In this document: positions 9,316 through 18,276 of the stretch, piece by piece
Layout: the number at the start of each line of letters is the position of its first letter
Numbering within the stretch: position 1 is the stretch's first letter
Assembly (NCBI GenBank): GCA_036677555.1
Contig: JAVBWG010000006.1
Span: 70,202 to 134,201, forward strand
Direction of reading: 5' to 3'
Source of the DNA: Methanomassiliicoccales archaeon
Lineage (GTDB): Archaea > Thermoplasmatota > Thermoplasmata > Methanomassiliicoccales > UBA472
Length of the DNA: 64,000 nucleotides
Program-made: the position numbers and the translations under genes
The notes under the pieces: model-generated
Told to the model about the DNA's origin: nothing
What the model saw: only the letters and a program-made list of their open reading frames with translations
The model's database searches: none

Positions 9316-9651
9316 ATGGCCCGCAAGCGCAGGCTCGAGGTCCGATCGCCCGAGGAGGAGCACCAGGAGGAAGACGATGTACATGACGTGCGCAGTGATC
9401 GGGACATCGCCATCGAGGGCACCTGGACCGAATGGTTCAAAAAGGTGTTCGTGAAGTACTGCTACGCCATACTCGTGCTCTTCCTGGCCTGTGTCGTTCC
9501 GCTCGAGGTTCATCGGCAGCTGCACGGGGACCTCGGGCTGGGCGCGGCGTTCCTGGCATTGCTCATCATAGTCCCCCTGGGCCTGTTTGGGTATCTCAGG
9601 ATATGGGGCGATAATGGTCTGTGGGGTCCGGAGCAAGCTGACGATTTCTGA
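9316..9651 (+). CDS. Small hypothetical membrane protein
   Basis: Acidic/basic N-terminus followed by two hydrophobic helices (YCYAILVLFLACVV, AAFLALLIIVPLGLFGYL). GC3-rich codons. Lies 6 nt after the oppF-like stop. Confidence 0.4.
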   Translation: MARKRRLEVRSPEEEHQEEDDVHDVRSDRDIAIEGTWTEWFKKVFVKYCYAILVLFLACVVPLEVHRQLHGDLGLGAAFLALLIIVPLGLFGYLRIWGDNGLWGPEQADDF

Positions 9652-9717
9652 TCGATGCCCTGTTAACTGAGTTAATTTATACCTCGAACCTGATTCCGTC
9701 CTCGGGGGAGAGACAAC

Positions 9718-10101
9718 TTGACGGTGGTGACCTTGGACGACATGGTGAAGGCCTTGGCCAACACCATGGGCAAGAAGGGGATGTCCCGAGAGGACCAGGA
9801 GAAGCTCGCCGAGTGGATCCTTTCCTTCTTCGGCTACACCGACGAGGTCATCGACAACAAGCTCACCTCCGAAGACCGCGACGTCTTCTATTGGCTGGAG
9901 GAAGAGGGTTTCCTCACTACCACCCAGGAGGAGGTCCATCTCAAGAAGGGAAAGCTGTGGCGCATCCACTACTGGATCCTGAAGAAGGATCAGATACTGA
10001 GGATTGCGCATCAGTGCGAGGACCAGGTCTGCGGCCCAGACGACCCGTCCGCCGTCTATAACAATATGGACGACGAGATGTGGAAGGCGCGGGAGCGCTA
10101 G
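9718..10101 (+). CDS. Hypothetical soluble protein (archaeal conserved-looking, no family recognised)
   Basis: Coding-like composition. TTG start in the track; an alternative ATG is at 9742. The opposing 343-aa ORF has a shadow-type composition. Confidence 0.45.
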   Translation: MTVVTLDDMVKALANTMGKKGMSREDQEKLAEWILSFFGYTDEVIDNKLTSEDRDVFYWLEEEGFLTTTQEEVHLKKGKLWRIHYWILKKDQILRIAHQCEDQVCGPDDPSAVYNNMDDEMWKARER

Positions 10102-10135
10102 GTATTTTATACAGAGCCCCCTTTCCTGCAATCTG

Positions 10136-11749
10136 ATGTACGAAGACATACTCCTGGTCCTGCTGGCCATCATCGCGTTCGTCTTCTTTGTGCGCTTGGC
10201 CGACCGCAATGGATGGATCAGGAAGTATGGTATGAAGGCCTACGGGCCTTTCCTCATGTGGAGCACCCAGAGAGGAAAACGGGCCATAGATAAAATGGCC
10301 TCCCCTCGAAAGTTCTGGCTTGCGTATGCCGCGGTTGCCAAATGGGTGTGCGCAGTAGTCATGTTCCTGATGATGGCCCTGCTGCTGTGGGAGGCCACGA
10401 TCGTCGACCAGATACCGGCGGAGAGCGCTCCCGGCCTGGAGATGATGCTCGGCATCCCCGGCGTCAATCCGATTATCCCATTGTGGTATGGCATACTGGG
10501 TCTGTTGGTGGCCATAGTCATACACGAGGTCGCGCACGGCATCCTCACCAGGGTGGGCAATATGGACATCAGGTCCATGGGCCTTCTGCTCCTCATCGTC
10601 CCCATGGGCGCCTTCGTGGAGCCGGACGAGGAGGCGCTGGTCAAGGCGGACAAGCGCCGGCGTATGAACGTCTACGCGGTCGGACCGGCCACCAACATCA
10701 TCGTCGGCCTGGTCTGCGCGCTGATCTTCTCCTCGGCCATGATGGGTTCCGTTGAACCGGTGCGCGATAACCCCATCATCGTCAACGTGACGGATGACGG
10801 TCCGGCGGACATGGCCGGCCTGCGCTTTGGCGCCCAGATAGTGGAAATGGAAGGGACGCCCATCGCTACGTACGATGACTTCTACCAGTTCTCAGGCCCT
10901 GATCCGGGGGAAAAGGTGACCGTCTCATATTATTACGAAGGGGATCTGCGCACCGCCGAGATCTTCGCCGGCGTGCTGCTGACCTCCGTTTCGTCAGGTT
11001 ATCCGGCCGATGAGGCCGGTCTCGGACCTGGTATGATCATCTACTCATTGAACGACACAGTCATAAGGAACGACAGCGACCTGAAGTCCGTTCTGCGCTC
11101 GACCGTCGGCGGTCAGACCGTCAACGTGACCGCCCTCGTGTACGACCGTGACGCCGATGATTACGTCGCCGAACCGTCCGTCACCAGCGTGACATTGATG
11201 AGCCGGCTCGCCTATTATCAGGATGTCAGCCCGGGCACGGTCGACGATGATTTCGAGGACTACGGGTTCATGGGCATTAACTCCGCGTACATGGGTGCGG
11301 GGGTCAACGACCCAGGAATAATTCTGGAGCGGCTTGCCACTCCATATGCCGGAGCTGACGATTGGAGTTCCTACGTCACCTCCTCGCTAAGATACATAGC
11401 ATTGCCTTTCTACGGCCTGGCGCCTTTGACCGGAACCATAACCGACCTGTACGAACCGCAGGGTGCGTGGTCGGTGCTTCCGGACGGGGCGTTCTGGGTT
11501 CTGGCCAACTGCGCCTACTGGATCTTCTGGATCAACCTCATGGTAGGGATGACCAACGTCCTTCCGGCGGTGCCGTTGGATGGGGGATACCTCTTCCGCG
11601 ACGGTCTCGATGCCCTGGTCAAGAGGTTCAAGAGGAACGCCAGCGACGAGGAGCGCATGAGGTACGTGGGGAAGATCACCTACGCCCTGGCCATATTCGT
11701 TCTGTTCCTGATAATGTGGCAGCTCATCGGCCCGCGCCTGCTGGGATGA
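10136..11749 (+). CDS. Site-2 protease family (M50) zinc metalloprotease with PDZ-like insert
   Basis: HEVAHG (HExxH) and NVLPAVPLDGG motifs, multiple TM helices and a central soluble region. Start moved to ATG 10136 (MYEDILLVLLAII...). Confidence 0.85.
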   Translation: MYEDILLVLLAIIAFVFFVRLADRNGWIRKYGMKAYGPFLMWSTQRGKRAIDKMASPRKFWLAYAAVAKWVCAVVMFLMMALLLWEATIVDQIPAESAPGLEMMLGIPGVNPIIPLWYGILGLLVAIVIHEVAHGILTRVGNMDIRSMGLLLLIVPMGAFVEPDEEALVKADKRRRMNVYAVGPATNIIVGLVCALIFSSAMMGSVEPVRDNPIIVNVTDDGPADMAGLRFGAQIVEMEGTPIATYDDFYQFSGPDPGEKVTVSYYYEGDLRTAEIFAGVLLTSVSSGYPADEAGLGPGMIIYSLNDTVIRNDSDLKSVLRSTVGGQTVNVTALVYDRDADDYVAEPSVTSVTLMSRLAYYQDVSPGTVDDDFEDYGFMGINSAYMGAGVNDPGIILERLATPYAGADDWSSYVTSSLRYIALPFYGLAPLTGTITDLYEPQGAWSVLPDGAFWVLANCAYWIFWINLMVGMTNVLPAVPLDGGYLFRDGLDALVKRFKRNASDEERMRYVGKITYALAIFVLFLIMWQLIGPRLLG

Positions 11750-12028
11750 TCATTCCCGGCAGACCAGGCTGATGGTGGGAGAGCCCTTGTCGGAATGGTT
11801 GCACTCCGGGCACAGCTCATAGTACAATGAGCACAGGCTGCGGTAAGGGTCGTATATCCTTCCGCATTCCCGGCACTTCAGGAACACGGAAAGCACTGGA
11901 CGGAACTCAAAACATTCAGTGATCCGGCTGCCGTTGAATGAGGTGCAGTTGTGCACACAGCAGTTATCGCAGAGGCTGCTCCGGCGGATATTCACCAGCC
12001 GGTGCTCGGTCACCTGAATTCGGACCAT
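11750..12028 (-). CDS. Small cysteine-rich protein (11 Cys), hypothetical
   Basis: CDNCCVHNC, CRECG and CPEC motifs. Lies 108 nt downstream of nrdD on the same strand. Confidence 0.45.
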   Translation of the reverse strand: MVRIQVTEHRLVNIRRSSLCDNCCVHNCTSFNGSRITECFEFRPVLSVFLKCRECGRIYDPYRSLCSLYYELCPECNHSDKGSPTISLVCRE

Positions 12029-12136
12029 CGTCGATACCGTCCATGATATTTCGATGTCGACCCTACATATACGTTTGGAAGTTGCGATGAAAAGATGAAA
12101 AGAAAGTTAAGGTGAGGGGCGGACCCCTCATTGTTC

Positions 12137-14245
12137 TCAGGATATGATGTTCCTGGTCCTCTCCTTCAGCTCTCCCAGCTTGCCCTTGTTCCACCCGGAG
12201 GTTTTCGAGAAGAACCCGGTCACGCGGGTAATCCCTTCCACGTTCGGGGAATGGCAGTATGAGCAGGTGTCGGACAGTCCGCGGGCGGTCTTGCCGCAGC
12301 TGAGGCAGGATGTGAACTCCGGACTGAAGGCGATCTGCGAGTTCTGGGTGTTCTGGAAGGTCTTGATGACGAACGCCGCCAGGTTCTCTGCCGGGGGCTT
12401 GTGCTCCCCGAGCCATACGTGAGACAGCGCTCCGGCCTCCACCAGGGGGTGGAACAGCCCTTCCGCCTTGACCCGCTCGATGGCGCTGATCTGGGCGCCC
12501 ACGTTCAGGTAGGTGGAATTGGTATAGTAGACCTCTCCCGAGCTCTTGTTGCCGCGCATCACCGTGGGGGCCTGCAGCGGGTAGTACTTCATGTCCAGCT
12601 TGGCGAAGCGGTAGGCGGTGCTCTCGGCCGGGGTCTGCTCCAGGGGCATCTTGAGCCCGTACTTCTTGCCTATCTCCTCGGAGTGCTTCTTCATGACCGA
12701 GATGACCTTGAGGCCAAACTTGGTGGCCTCCTTGCTCTCGTGCATCTGCTGGCCAGTGTGGTACTGTACCAGCTCGTTGAGACCGACCATCCCTATCAGG
12801 AACGAGGCCTTGTTGAAGCGGTAGTACGGTTCGCCGTCCAGATTCATGGTGAGCAATGCAAGCGGGCCATACTTGCCCATGCCCAACAGCTTGCCTATGA
12901 ACTCCTTCTTCTGCAGGTGCGCCTGGGCGACCAGCTCAATTTTCTCCTCCAACAGGCGGAACAGCTTCTCGTCGTCCTGGTGCGCCTCGTAGGCGATGCG
13001 AGGCAGGTTGATGGTGACGTTCTGCATAGCCGAGTACCTCATCTTCCAAGGCGTCTTGGCGTCGTTGAGGTCGTTGTCATCCAGCTTGAAGGTGAGGCGG
13101 CAGCATTCGGAGATCTTGGCGGTTCCGCCCCTGTCGAACACGAAGTAGGTGTTACCCTTCTCTGTGGCGGTCTGGCAGATTTTGTTCAGGAACTCCTCGT
13201 GACCGTCGGTCTTGAAGAACTTCTCGGTCATGTGCACGTTCGGCTTGGGGAAGAAGAACGGGCGGCCCATGGCGTCCCCTTCGAGGTAAACGTCGAACAA
13301 GGCGTTGACGAACCTCTGGCTCTCCTCGGCGTAATCGCCGTAGACCTTTCCGGTGAATTTGCCGTTCGGACCGATGGCGTCCACGTTCTGGAAGTGGTCG
13401 GGCACTTCCCAGTAGAGGTTGAGGTCGCTGAATATGGACTGTCCTCCGCGAGCCACCGCCTGCTGGGCGAACTCGAACACCAGGATCTGAGCCAGCTGCT
13501 TCATGCGGGCGTCGTCCACGTTGGTCAGATAAGGGGCGAGGAAGAGGTTGAAGGCGTCCCAGCCAATGGCGCCGGCGAAGTTCCCCTGAAGCGCAGCGGA
13601 GAACTTGACAACCTGCTCTATGAGCACCTCGGGGTGCTTGGCGGGCTTGGCTATGGAAATGGCGTTGGGGAGATTCAGACCAAATTTCTTAACGTATTCA
13701 ATGGACTGACCGCTGCAGTAGGGGCGGTCGACCATTCCCAGGTCGTGAAGGTGTATGTCGCCGCGCATATGGGCGTCGGCAAGGTCCTGGCTGAACACCT
13801 CGAGCAGCGCGAACTCCTTCTTGATCTGCTCGGCCAGGGTGAGGTTGGTTGCTTCTGGACCATGAGGAACGTTGGCGTTCTCCTTGTTCGGGCTCATGAT
13901 GATCTGCCTGGCGTCGTAGAGTGGCACTCCCAGACGGGTATGCTGGCGGCGGATCTTGGCCAGGCCGTACTCGACCAGCTTGGCGTTGGTCAGCTCTCGT
14001 ATCAACGGGGCGGTTATGACGTCGAGCTGCAGTTCCCCTATCATCTTCTCGACCTCACGGGCCACGATGGAGGCGGCGTCCTCGCTGATGTCTGTCTCCC
14101 GCATCAGTGCGTCAAATATCCTGCTCTTGTCCCACTTCTTGATCTCTTCATCCGAAGTGCGGACGAACAGGGATATCTCGGTCGATTCTCGTTCGCTATT
14201 TGGGCTCGTATTACGGGGGGATTCTGCGCTTTTCATTTCACTCAC
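12137..14245 (-). CDS. nrdD: Anaerobic ribonucleoside-triphosphate reductase (class III)
   Basis: ATP-cone-like N-terminus, conserved ECCRL, C-terminal zinc site CLSCG...CSYC, and glycyl-radical motif RVTGFFS. 702 aa. Confidence 0.93.
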   Translation of the reverse strand: MSEMKSAESPRNTSPNSERESTEISLFVRTSDEEIKKWDKSRIFDALMRETDISEDAASIVAREVEKMIGELQLDVITAPLIRELTNAKLVEYGLAKIRRQHTRLGVPLYDARQIIMSPNKENANVPHGPEATNLTLAEQIKKEFALLEVFSQDLADAHMRGDIHLHDLGMVDRPYCSGQSIEYVKKFGLNLPNAISIAKPAKHPEVLIEQVVKFSAALQGNFAGAIGWDAFNLFLAPYLTNVDDARMKQLAQILVFEFAQQAVARGGQSIFSDLNLYWEVPDHFQNVDAIGPNGKFTGKVYGDYAEESQRFVNALFDVYLEGDAMGRPFFFPKPNVHMTEKFFKTDGHEEFLNKICQTATEKGNTYFVFDRGGTAKISECCRLTFKLDDNDLNDAKTPWKMRYSAMQNVTINLPRIAYEAHQDDEKLFRLLEEKIELVAQAHLQKKEFIGKLLGMGKYGPLALLTMNLDGEPYYRFNKASFLIGMVGLNELVQYHTGQQMHESKEATKFGLKVISVMKKHSEEIGKKYGLKMPLEQTPAESTAYRFAKLDMKYYPLQAPTVMRGNKSSGEVYYTNSTYLNVGAQISAIERVKAEGLFHPLVEAGALSHVWLGEHKPPAENLAAFVIKTFQNTQNSQIAFSPEFTSCLSCGKTARGLSDTCSYCHSPNVEGITRVTGFFSKTSGWNKGKLGELKERTRNIIS

Positions 14246-14419
14246 GTTCTTTCTGATCTCTCGTTCGCCATTGAATTAGTAAGGAGGGCCTATTTAGAAG
14301 GTCCCATTGCACCCATCCAACTCAGGGAATATGGCATTCGGCACACAGGTTTAAATGAATTTCTGAACTGAATCTGTTAACAATTAACGGACATAAACCA
14401 GTGGGGCAAACCTATATTA

Positions 14420-14449
14420 TTACCATATTTGTTACCATATCTGTTAACA
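14420..14449. promoter_or_regulatory. Tandem 12-mer repeat / GTTAAC palindrome, putative operator overlapping the promoter of the wHTH gene
   Basis: CCATATTTGTTA (14423-14434) is immediately repeated as CCATATCTGTTA (14435-14446). CTGTTAACA occurs at 14441-14449 and again at 14374-14382. TATATTAT at 14413-14420 is a possible TATA box. Confidence 0.4.
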
Positions 14450-14450
14450 C

Positions 14451-15029
14451 ATGTTCCATCCAGAGAGGGATCTGAAGCAGATAATCATCTCCATGCTGAC
14501 CGAAGACGGCCGGTCTATAAGTTATCTGTCGAGAGAATTGAAGAAGCAGGGCTACGATATGCACCGGCTCACCCTCACCGGATATCTTCGGGCATTGAGC
14601 GACATGAACATTCTGAAGGAAAAAGACGTTCCGCCCGCAAAGATCTACACACCAGTCAAGGGCAGGGAGCGGGACATATACCTCAGGGTCGTGGAGCAGG
14701 CCAAGGCAGCTTCACCTGATAAGTACCCGGAACTTGCCCTGTATGCCCTGTATAAGCTGTTCAAGCGACCCATTTTCAAAGAGGAGCTGGAAAGAGCTGG
14801 TATTCTTGAGTTCTCACCCGGCATTCAAGCCAAGGAGGATGAGATTTCAGATGCCCGCAAGTTCATGCAGAAGACCGGTTTCAAGATACCGACCAGCAGC
14901 AAAGCGTTCGTTCCTCCCAACAACGACCTGGAGTCCGCTTTCCAAGATCTTCTCGTTCAGATGCTGGTAAGCGATTCGGAATGTTCCTATCTGGTAAAAG
15001 AGACCAAACAGGCAAAACTGGACTTGTGA
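14451..15029 (+). CDS. Winged-helix DNA-binding protein, hypothetical regulator
   Basis: N-terminal HTH-like segment IIISMLTEDGRSISYLSRELKKQGYDMHRLTLTGYLRALSDMNILK. Divergent from nrdD. Confidence 0.5.
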   Translation: MFHPERDLKQIIISMLTEDGRSISYLSRELKKQGYDMHRLTLTGYLRALSDMNILKEKDVPPAKIYTPVKGRERDIYLRVVEQAKAASPDKYPELALYALYKLFKRPIFKEELERAGILEFSPGIQAKEDEISDARKFMQKTGFKIPTSSKAFVPPNNDLESAFQDLLVQMLVSDSECSYLVKETKQAKLDL

Positions 15030-15074
15030 TCTGTGCGAATAACGTATAAATCCCCTGAAGACCTTCCGCCCCAC

Positions 15075-16082
15075 ATGGAACTAAAGGGCCTGGTCGAATC
15101 CCTGAGGAACTTTCCAGGCGTGACCAGGAAGAAGAGCATATCATCTGTCATCAATTTCTTCCCTAAGCAAGCATGCTCCAAGGTACTTGCGTCCTATGGA
15201 GAGGATGCGGCAGTGGTGGAGCAGGACGGAAAGCTGCTGCTTCTGGCGGCCGACGGGATCATGCCCGCCTTAATGCGAGCCAATCCTTTCTTCGCCGGCT
15301 ACTATGCAGTACTGGTCAACATCCACGATATTTCTGCCATGGGCGGGGTTCCCATCGCCATGCTGGATATCCTGTCGGTAAAAGACAACAGGATATGCTC
15401 CCAGGTCATGAAGGGTATGGAATCGGCTGTCAAGAAGTTTGGCGTTCCCATAATCGGCGGCCATACCCACCCGGACTGCGATTACGATGCGATCGACATC
15501 GCGATCATCGGCACCGCAGAACCCGGCCAGGCGATCTTCAGTCACACCGCGCAGGCGGGGGACGACATCGTTGTGGGCATGGATCTGGAAGGTTATTATC
15601 CCGACGCGCTGCCGTACGCCTGGGACACCACCTCGAGAAAGGAAGCGCCCATCCTGCGCAGGCAGATGCTCATCATGAACAAGATCGCCAAGCAGGGTCT
15701 GGTGCGGTCCGGCAAGGATATCAGCAACCCCGGCACCTTGGGAACGCTGGGTATGCTGTTGGAGACCAGCGGAAAAGGCGCCAAGGTGGATATCGGCCGC
15801 ATACCCCTCCCGGAGAACGTGGATATGCTGCAATGGCTGAAATCCTACCAGGGTTTCGGATATGTGGTCACCTGCGACCCCTCCAATTCTCAGAAGGTCA
15901 TTGATATGTATGCTTCGGTGGGGATCACGGCCTCGGTCATCGGCAAGGTGACCGAGGAACCGAAGCTCGTGGTCATGGACGGGATCGACAGCGAGGTCAT
16001 GTTCGACTTCGAAAAGGAGATCATAACCGGGTGTAAACCCGCATCCACCGTCGGTTGGGAATCCATCGAGCTTGGGAAATAA
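15075..16082 (+). CDS. AIR synthase-related protein (PurM/ThiL/HypE superfamily; resembles 'methanogenesis marker 2' type proteins)
   Basis: GEDAAVV, LLLAADGI, VNIHDISAMGG and GGHTHPD motifs. Start moved to ATG 15075. Confidence 0.7.
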   Translation: MELKGLVESLRNFPGVTRKKSISSVINFFPKQACSKVLASYGEDAAVVEQDGKLLLLAADGIMPALMRANPFFAGYYAVLVNIHDISAMGGVPIAMLDILSVKDNRICSQVMKGMESAVKKFGVPIIGGHTHPDCDYDAIDIAIIGTAEPGQAIFSHTAQAGDDIVVGMDLEGYYPDALPYAWDTTSRKEAPILRRQMLIMNKIAKQGLVRSGKDISNPGTLGTLGMLLETSGKGAKVDIGRIPLPENVDMLQWLKSYQGFGYVVTCDPSNSQKVIDMYASVGITASVIGKVTEEPKLVVMDGIDSEVMFDFEKEIITGCKPASTVGWESIELGK

Positions 16083-16087
16083 GAAGT

Positions 16088-16398
16088 GCTAGGCCACGGG
16101 GGTTGCCGCCCGAACCGATAGAGGTTGACCGATCACCGACTCAGCCCCGCTCCCCTTCGAGCGTAGGTAGTCCGTGGTAAGGCTGTTCCCGTCAGGGCCT
16201 GACCCGTTCCCCACGATCAGAGCAAGGGGTGCCGCCCTCCAGCTGCACCGCGATGCTGCCACCGACCCCGTAGGACAGGGCCTCAACGCCAATGATCGGG
16301 CCTCTAGCGCTCCGGATACGACGTCCCCCGCTGTCACCCCCGCATATCGACGATTACGGTGTATAAGGACACGCCGAACGTCCCGGTCAAGCCTAGCG
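16088..16398 (-). ncRNA. Signal recognition particle RNA (archaeal 7S RNA)
   Basis: The ~311-nt region has only shadow-like ORFs. On the minus strand, 5' GCUAGGC pairs with 3' GCCUAGC (terminal helix). The internal GGUCAGGCCCUGACGGGAACAGCC parallels the SRP54-binding helix-8 consensus GGUCAGGUCCGGAAGGAAGCAGCC. The TATA box TTTTTAAATA (16420-16429, minus) is centred ~26 nt upstream of the proposed 5' end. Ends are approximate. Confidence 0.7.
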
Positions 16399-16419
16399 GG
16401 TGGTCTTATCAATCGAGCG

Positions 16420-16429
16420 TATTTAAAAA
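16420..16429 (-). promoter_or_regulatory. TATA box of the SRP RNA gene
   Basis: The minus strand reads TTTTTAAATA, about 26 nt upstream of the GCUAGGC 5' end. Confidence 0.5.
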
Positions 16430-16562
16430 TTCTGCATCGGAGGACGAACGGCCGCTATAGCCAACAGCAGGATATCAAGTAATAAATAGTTTATTTGTGT
16501 TTAACATTTTAAAATTGAGTGTAGAATCAAATAATATAAATTTTTATCAAAGGGGCAGCGAG

Positions 16563-17447
16563 ATGGATAAAAATGGATCATTGAAAAGGAAGGAGGCCAT
16601 TGAAAAGGCATTGAAGGACGGTCGCTCGCACTTTGAGTTCCGCCCGGAGGCCCGCAGGTTCTTTCTTGCCAACTCGGTCAATATCGCCATCGGGATAGCC
16701 CTGGTCATCGCCGTATGGTGGATCGTGGCGGAAGCGATGATCCACACCCGCGGCGCACTGTTCCCCACCCCCCCAGAAACTTTCTCCGCGCTATGGAACG
16801 CCCTCAACGGTGCTGAACTGAACGGAGAGACGATCTACTACCACACCGGTTCATCCATGCTGCGTTGGGGAACCGGGTACGCCATAGCCCTGGTCATCGG
16901 GATCGTGGTCGGCATATCCTTCGGAACCTTGAGCCGCCTGTACGATATGGGCATGGTGTCCATCTACGTGATACAGATGATACCCGGCCTGGCCTGGGTT
17001 CCCATCGCCATGCTCATTTTCGGATTGGGCGAATCGGCGACCATATTCATCATTCTGATGACGGCCATGCCCCCCATCATCATCAACACCGCCGGCGGCA
17101 TACGCCAAGTTCCCCCGGTCTATACCAGGGTGGCGCTCATGTCCGGAAAGGACAGGCTGTCCCTGTTCGCCAGTGTTCTGATCCCCGCCGCATCCCTTTC
17201 CATAATCGACGGGATGCGCATCGGCCTCGCCAACGGTTGGAGGGTGCTTATCGCCGCGGAGATGGTCTTGGGCGCCATGGTCGGTCTCGGGGCCACGATA
17301 TACGATTCCCGTTACAGCCTGGATTTCGTCTCCGCCTTCATCTGCATAATCGTGATATGCTTCATCGGACTGGCGATAGAAAAACTGTTCTTCGCCGGCC
17401 TGGAGAACGCGGTAAGGAACCGTCTCGGACTGGACAAGGAGGCCTGA
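16563..17447 (+). CDS. ABC transporter permease, SsuC/TauC (nitrate/sulfonate/taurine) family
   Basis: About 6 TM helices with a typical family layout. Start moved to ATG 16563. Confidence 0.85.
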   Translation: MDKNGSLKRKEAIEKALKDGRSHFEFRPEARRFFLANSVNIAIGIALVIAVWWIVAEAMIHTRGALFPTPPETFSALWNALNGAELNGETIYYHTGSSMLRWGTGYAIALVIGIVVGISFGTLSRLYDMGMVSIYVIQMIPGLAWVPIAMLIFGLGESATIFIILMTAMPPIIINTAGGIRQVPPVYTRVALMSGKDRLSLFASVLIPAASLSIIDGMRIGLANGWRVLIAAEMVLGAMVGLGATIYDSRYSLDFVSAFICIIVICFIGLAIEKLFFAGLENAVRNRLGLDKEA

Positions 17448-17448
17448 G

Positions 17449-18249
17449 ATGCTCGCCTCCCTCAGGAACGTGTCCAAGGTGTTCGCCAATCCCCGCACAG
17501 GTAAGGGATTGGTGGCCCTGAACGATGTCAGCATCGAGGTCGAGCAGGGAGATTTTCTATGCCTGATCGGACCAAGCGGTTGCGGTAAGAGCACCACCCT
17601 GAACCTGCTGGCCGGGTTCGAGCATCCCAGCGAGGGAGAGGTTAGGTTCAAAGGGAAGCCCATCGCCGGCCCTTCGCCGGAACGGGGCGTCGTTTTCCAG
17701 GAGTTCAGCCTCTACCCCTGGATGGATGTGCTTCACAACGTGGCCTTCTCGGTCAGGACGGGAAGCGGATCGGAGAGGGAGGAGGTGGCCAGGAGATATT
17801 TGGGAATGGTCGGCCTATTGGACTTCGCCCATGCGATGCCCAACGAGCTCTCGGGGGGCATGAAGCAGCGGGTGGCCATAGCCCGAACCTTGGCCATGGA
17901 CCCGGACCTGCTGCTGATGGACGAGCCGTTCGGTTCTCTGGACGAGCAGACCCGGCGCAAACTGGACAATGAGGTTCTCAGCTTGTGGGAAGGACAGGAG
18001 AAGACAGTGGTCTTCGTCACCCACAGCATAGAGGAGGCATTGATGCTGGGGACCAGGGTGGTCCTCATGTCCGCCTCACCCGGACGTGTAAACAAGGAAT
18101 GGAGGATCGAATCGGCATGGCCTCGCGATCCCCTGTCCCCGGAGATGACCGCACTGAAGAAGGACATCGTGAAGAGCCTGCAGGTATGCTCCTGCGCCAA
18201 CGGCTCCCCCAGGGGCGGGTTCATCACCATGGGCGGCCTGGAAGATTGA
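17449..18249 (+). CDS. ABC transporter ATP-binding protein, SsuB/TauB-like
   Basis: GPSGCGKST, LSGGMKQRVAIAR, LLLMDEPFGSLD. Starts 1 nt after the permease stop. Confidence 0.9.
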   Translation: MLASLRNVSKVFANPRTGKGLVALNDVSIEVEQGDFLCLIGPSGCGKSTTLNLLAGFEHPSEGEVRFKGKPIAGPSPERGVVFQEFSLYPWMDVLHNVAFSVRTGSGSEREEVARRYLGMVGLLDFAHAMPNELSGGMKQRVAIARTLAMDPDLLLMDEPFGSLDEQTRRKLDNEVLSLWEGQEKTVVFVTHSIEEALMLGTRVVLMSASPGRVNKEWRIESAWPRDPLSPEMTALKKDIVKSLQVCSCANGSPRGGFITMGGLED

Positions 18250-18276
18250 ATATTGGAATGAAGGGAGGAACCAGAA

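Noticed and set aside
9178-10209. 343-aa minus-strand ORF
   Set aside because: Antisense to two plus-strand genes and to the oppF-like 3' end. Shadow composition with no recognisable domain.
12401-14371. 656-aa plus-strand ORF
   Set aside because: Antisense shadow of nrdD.
16088-16398. RNase P RNA as an alternative identity for the structured RNA
   Set aside because: I could not find the universally conserved CR-I type GGAAAGUCC element on either strand. The helix-8-like SRP motif and the pairing of the 5'/3' termini fit 7S RNA.
16089-16482. 107-aa (minus) and 102-aa (plus) ORFs
   Set aside because: They overlap the region that folds and reads as SRP RNA. Their Arg/Pro/Ala/Gly-rich products show no coding signal.
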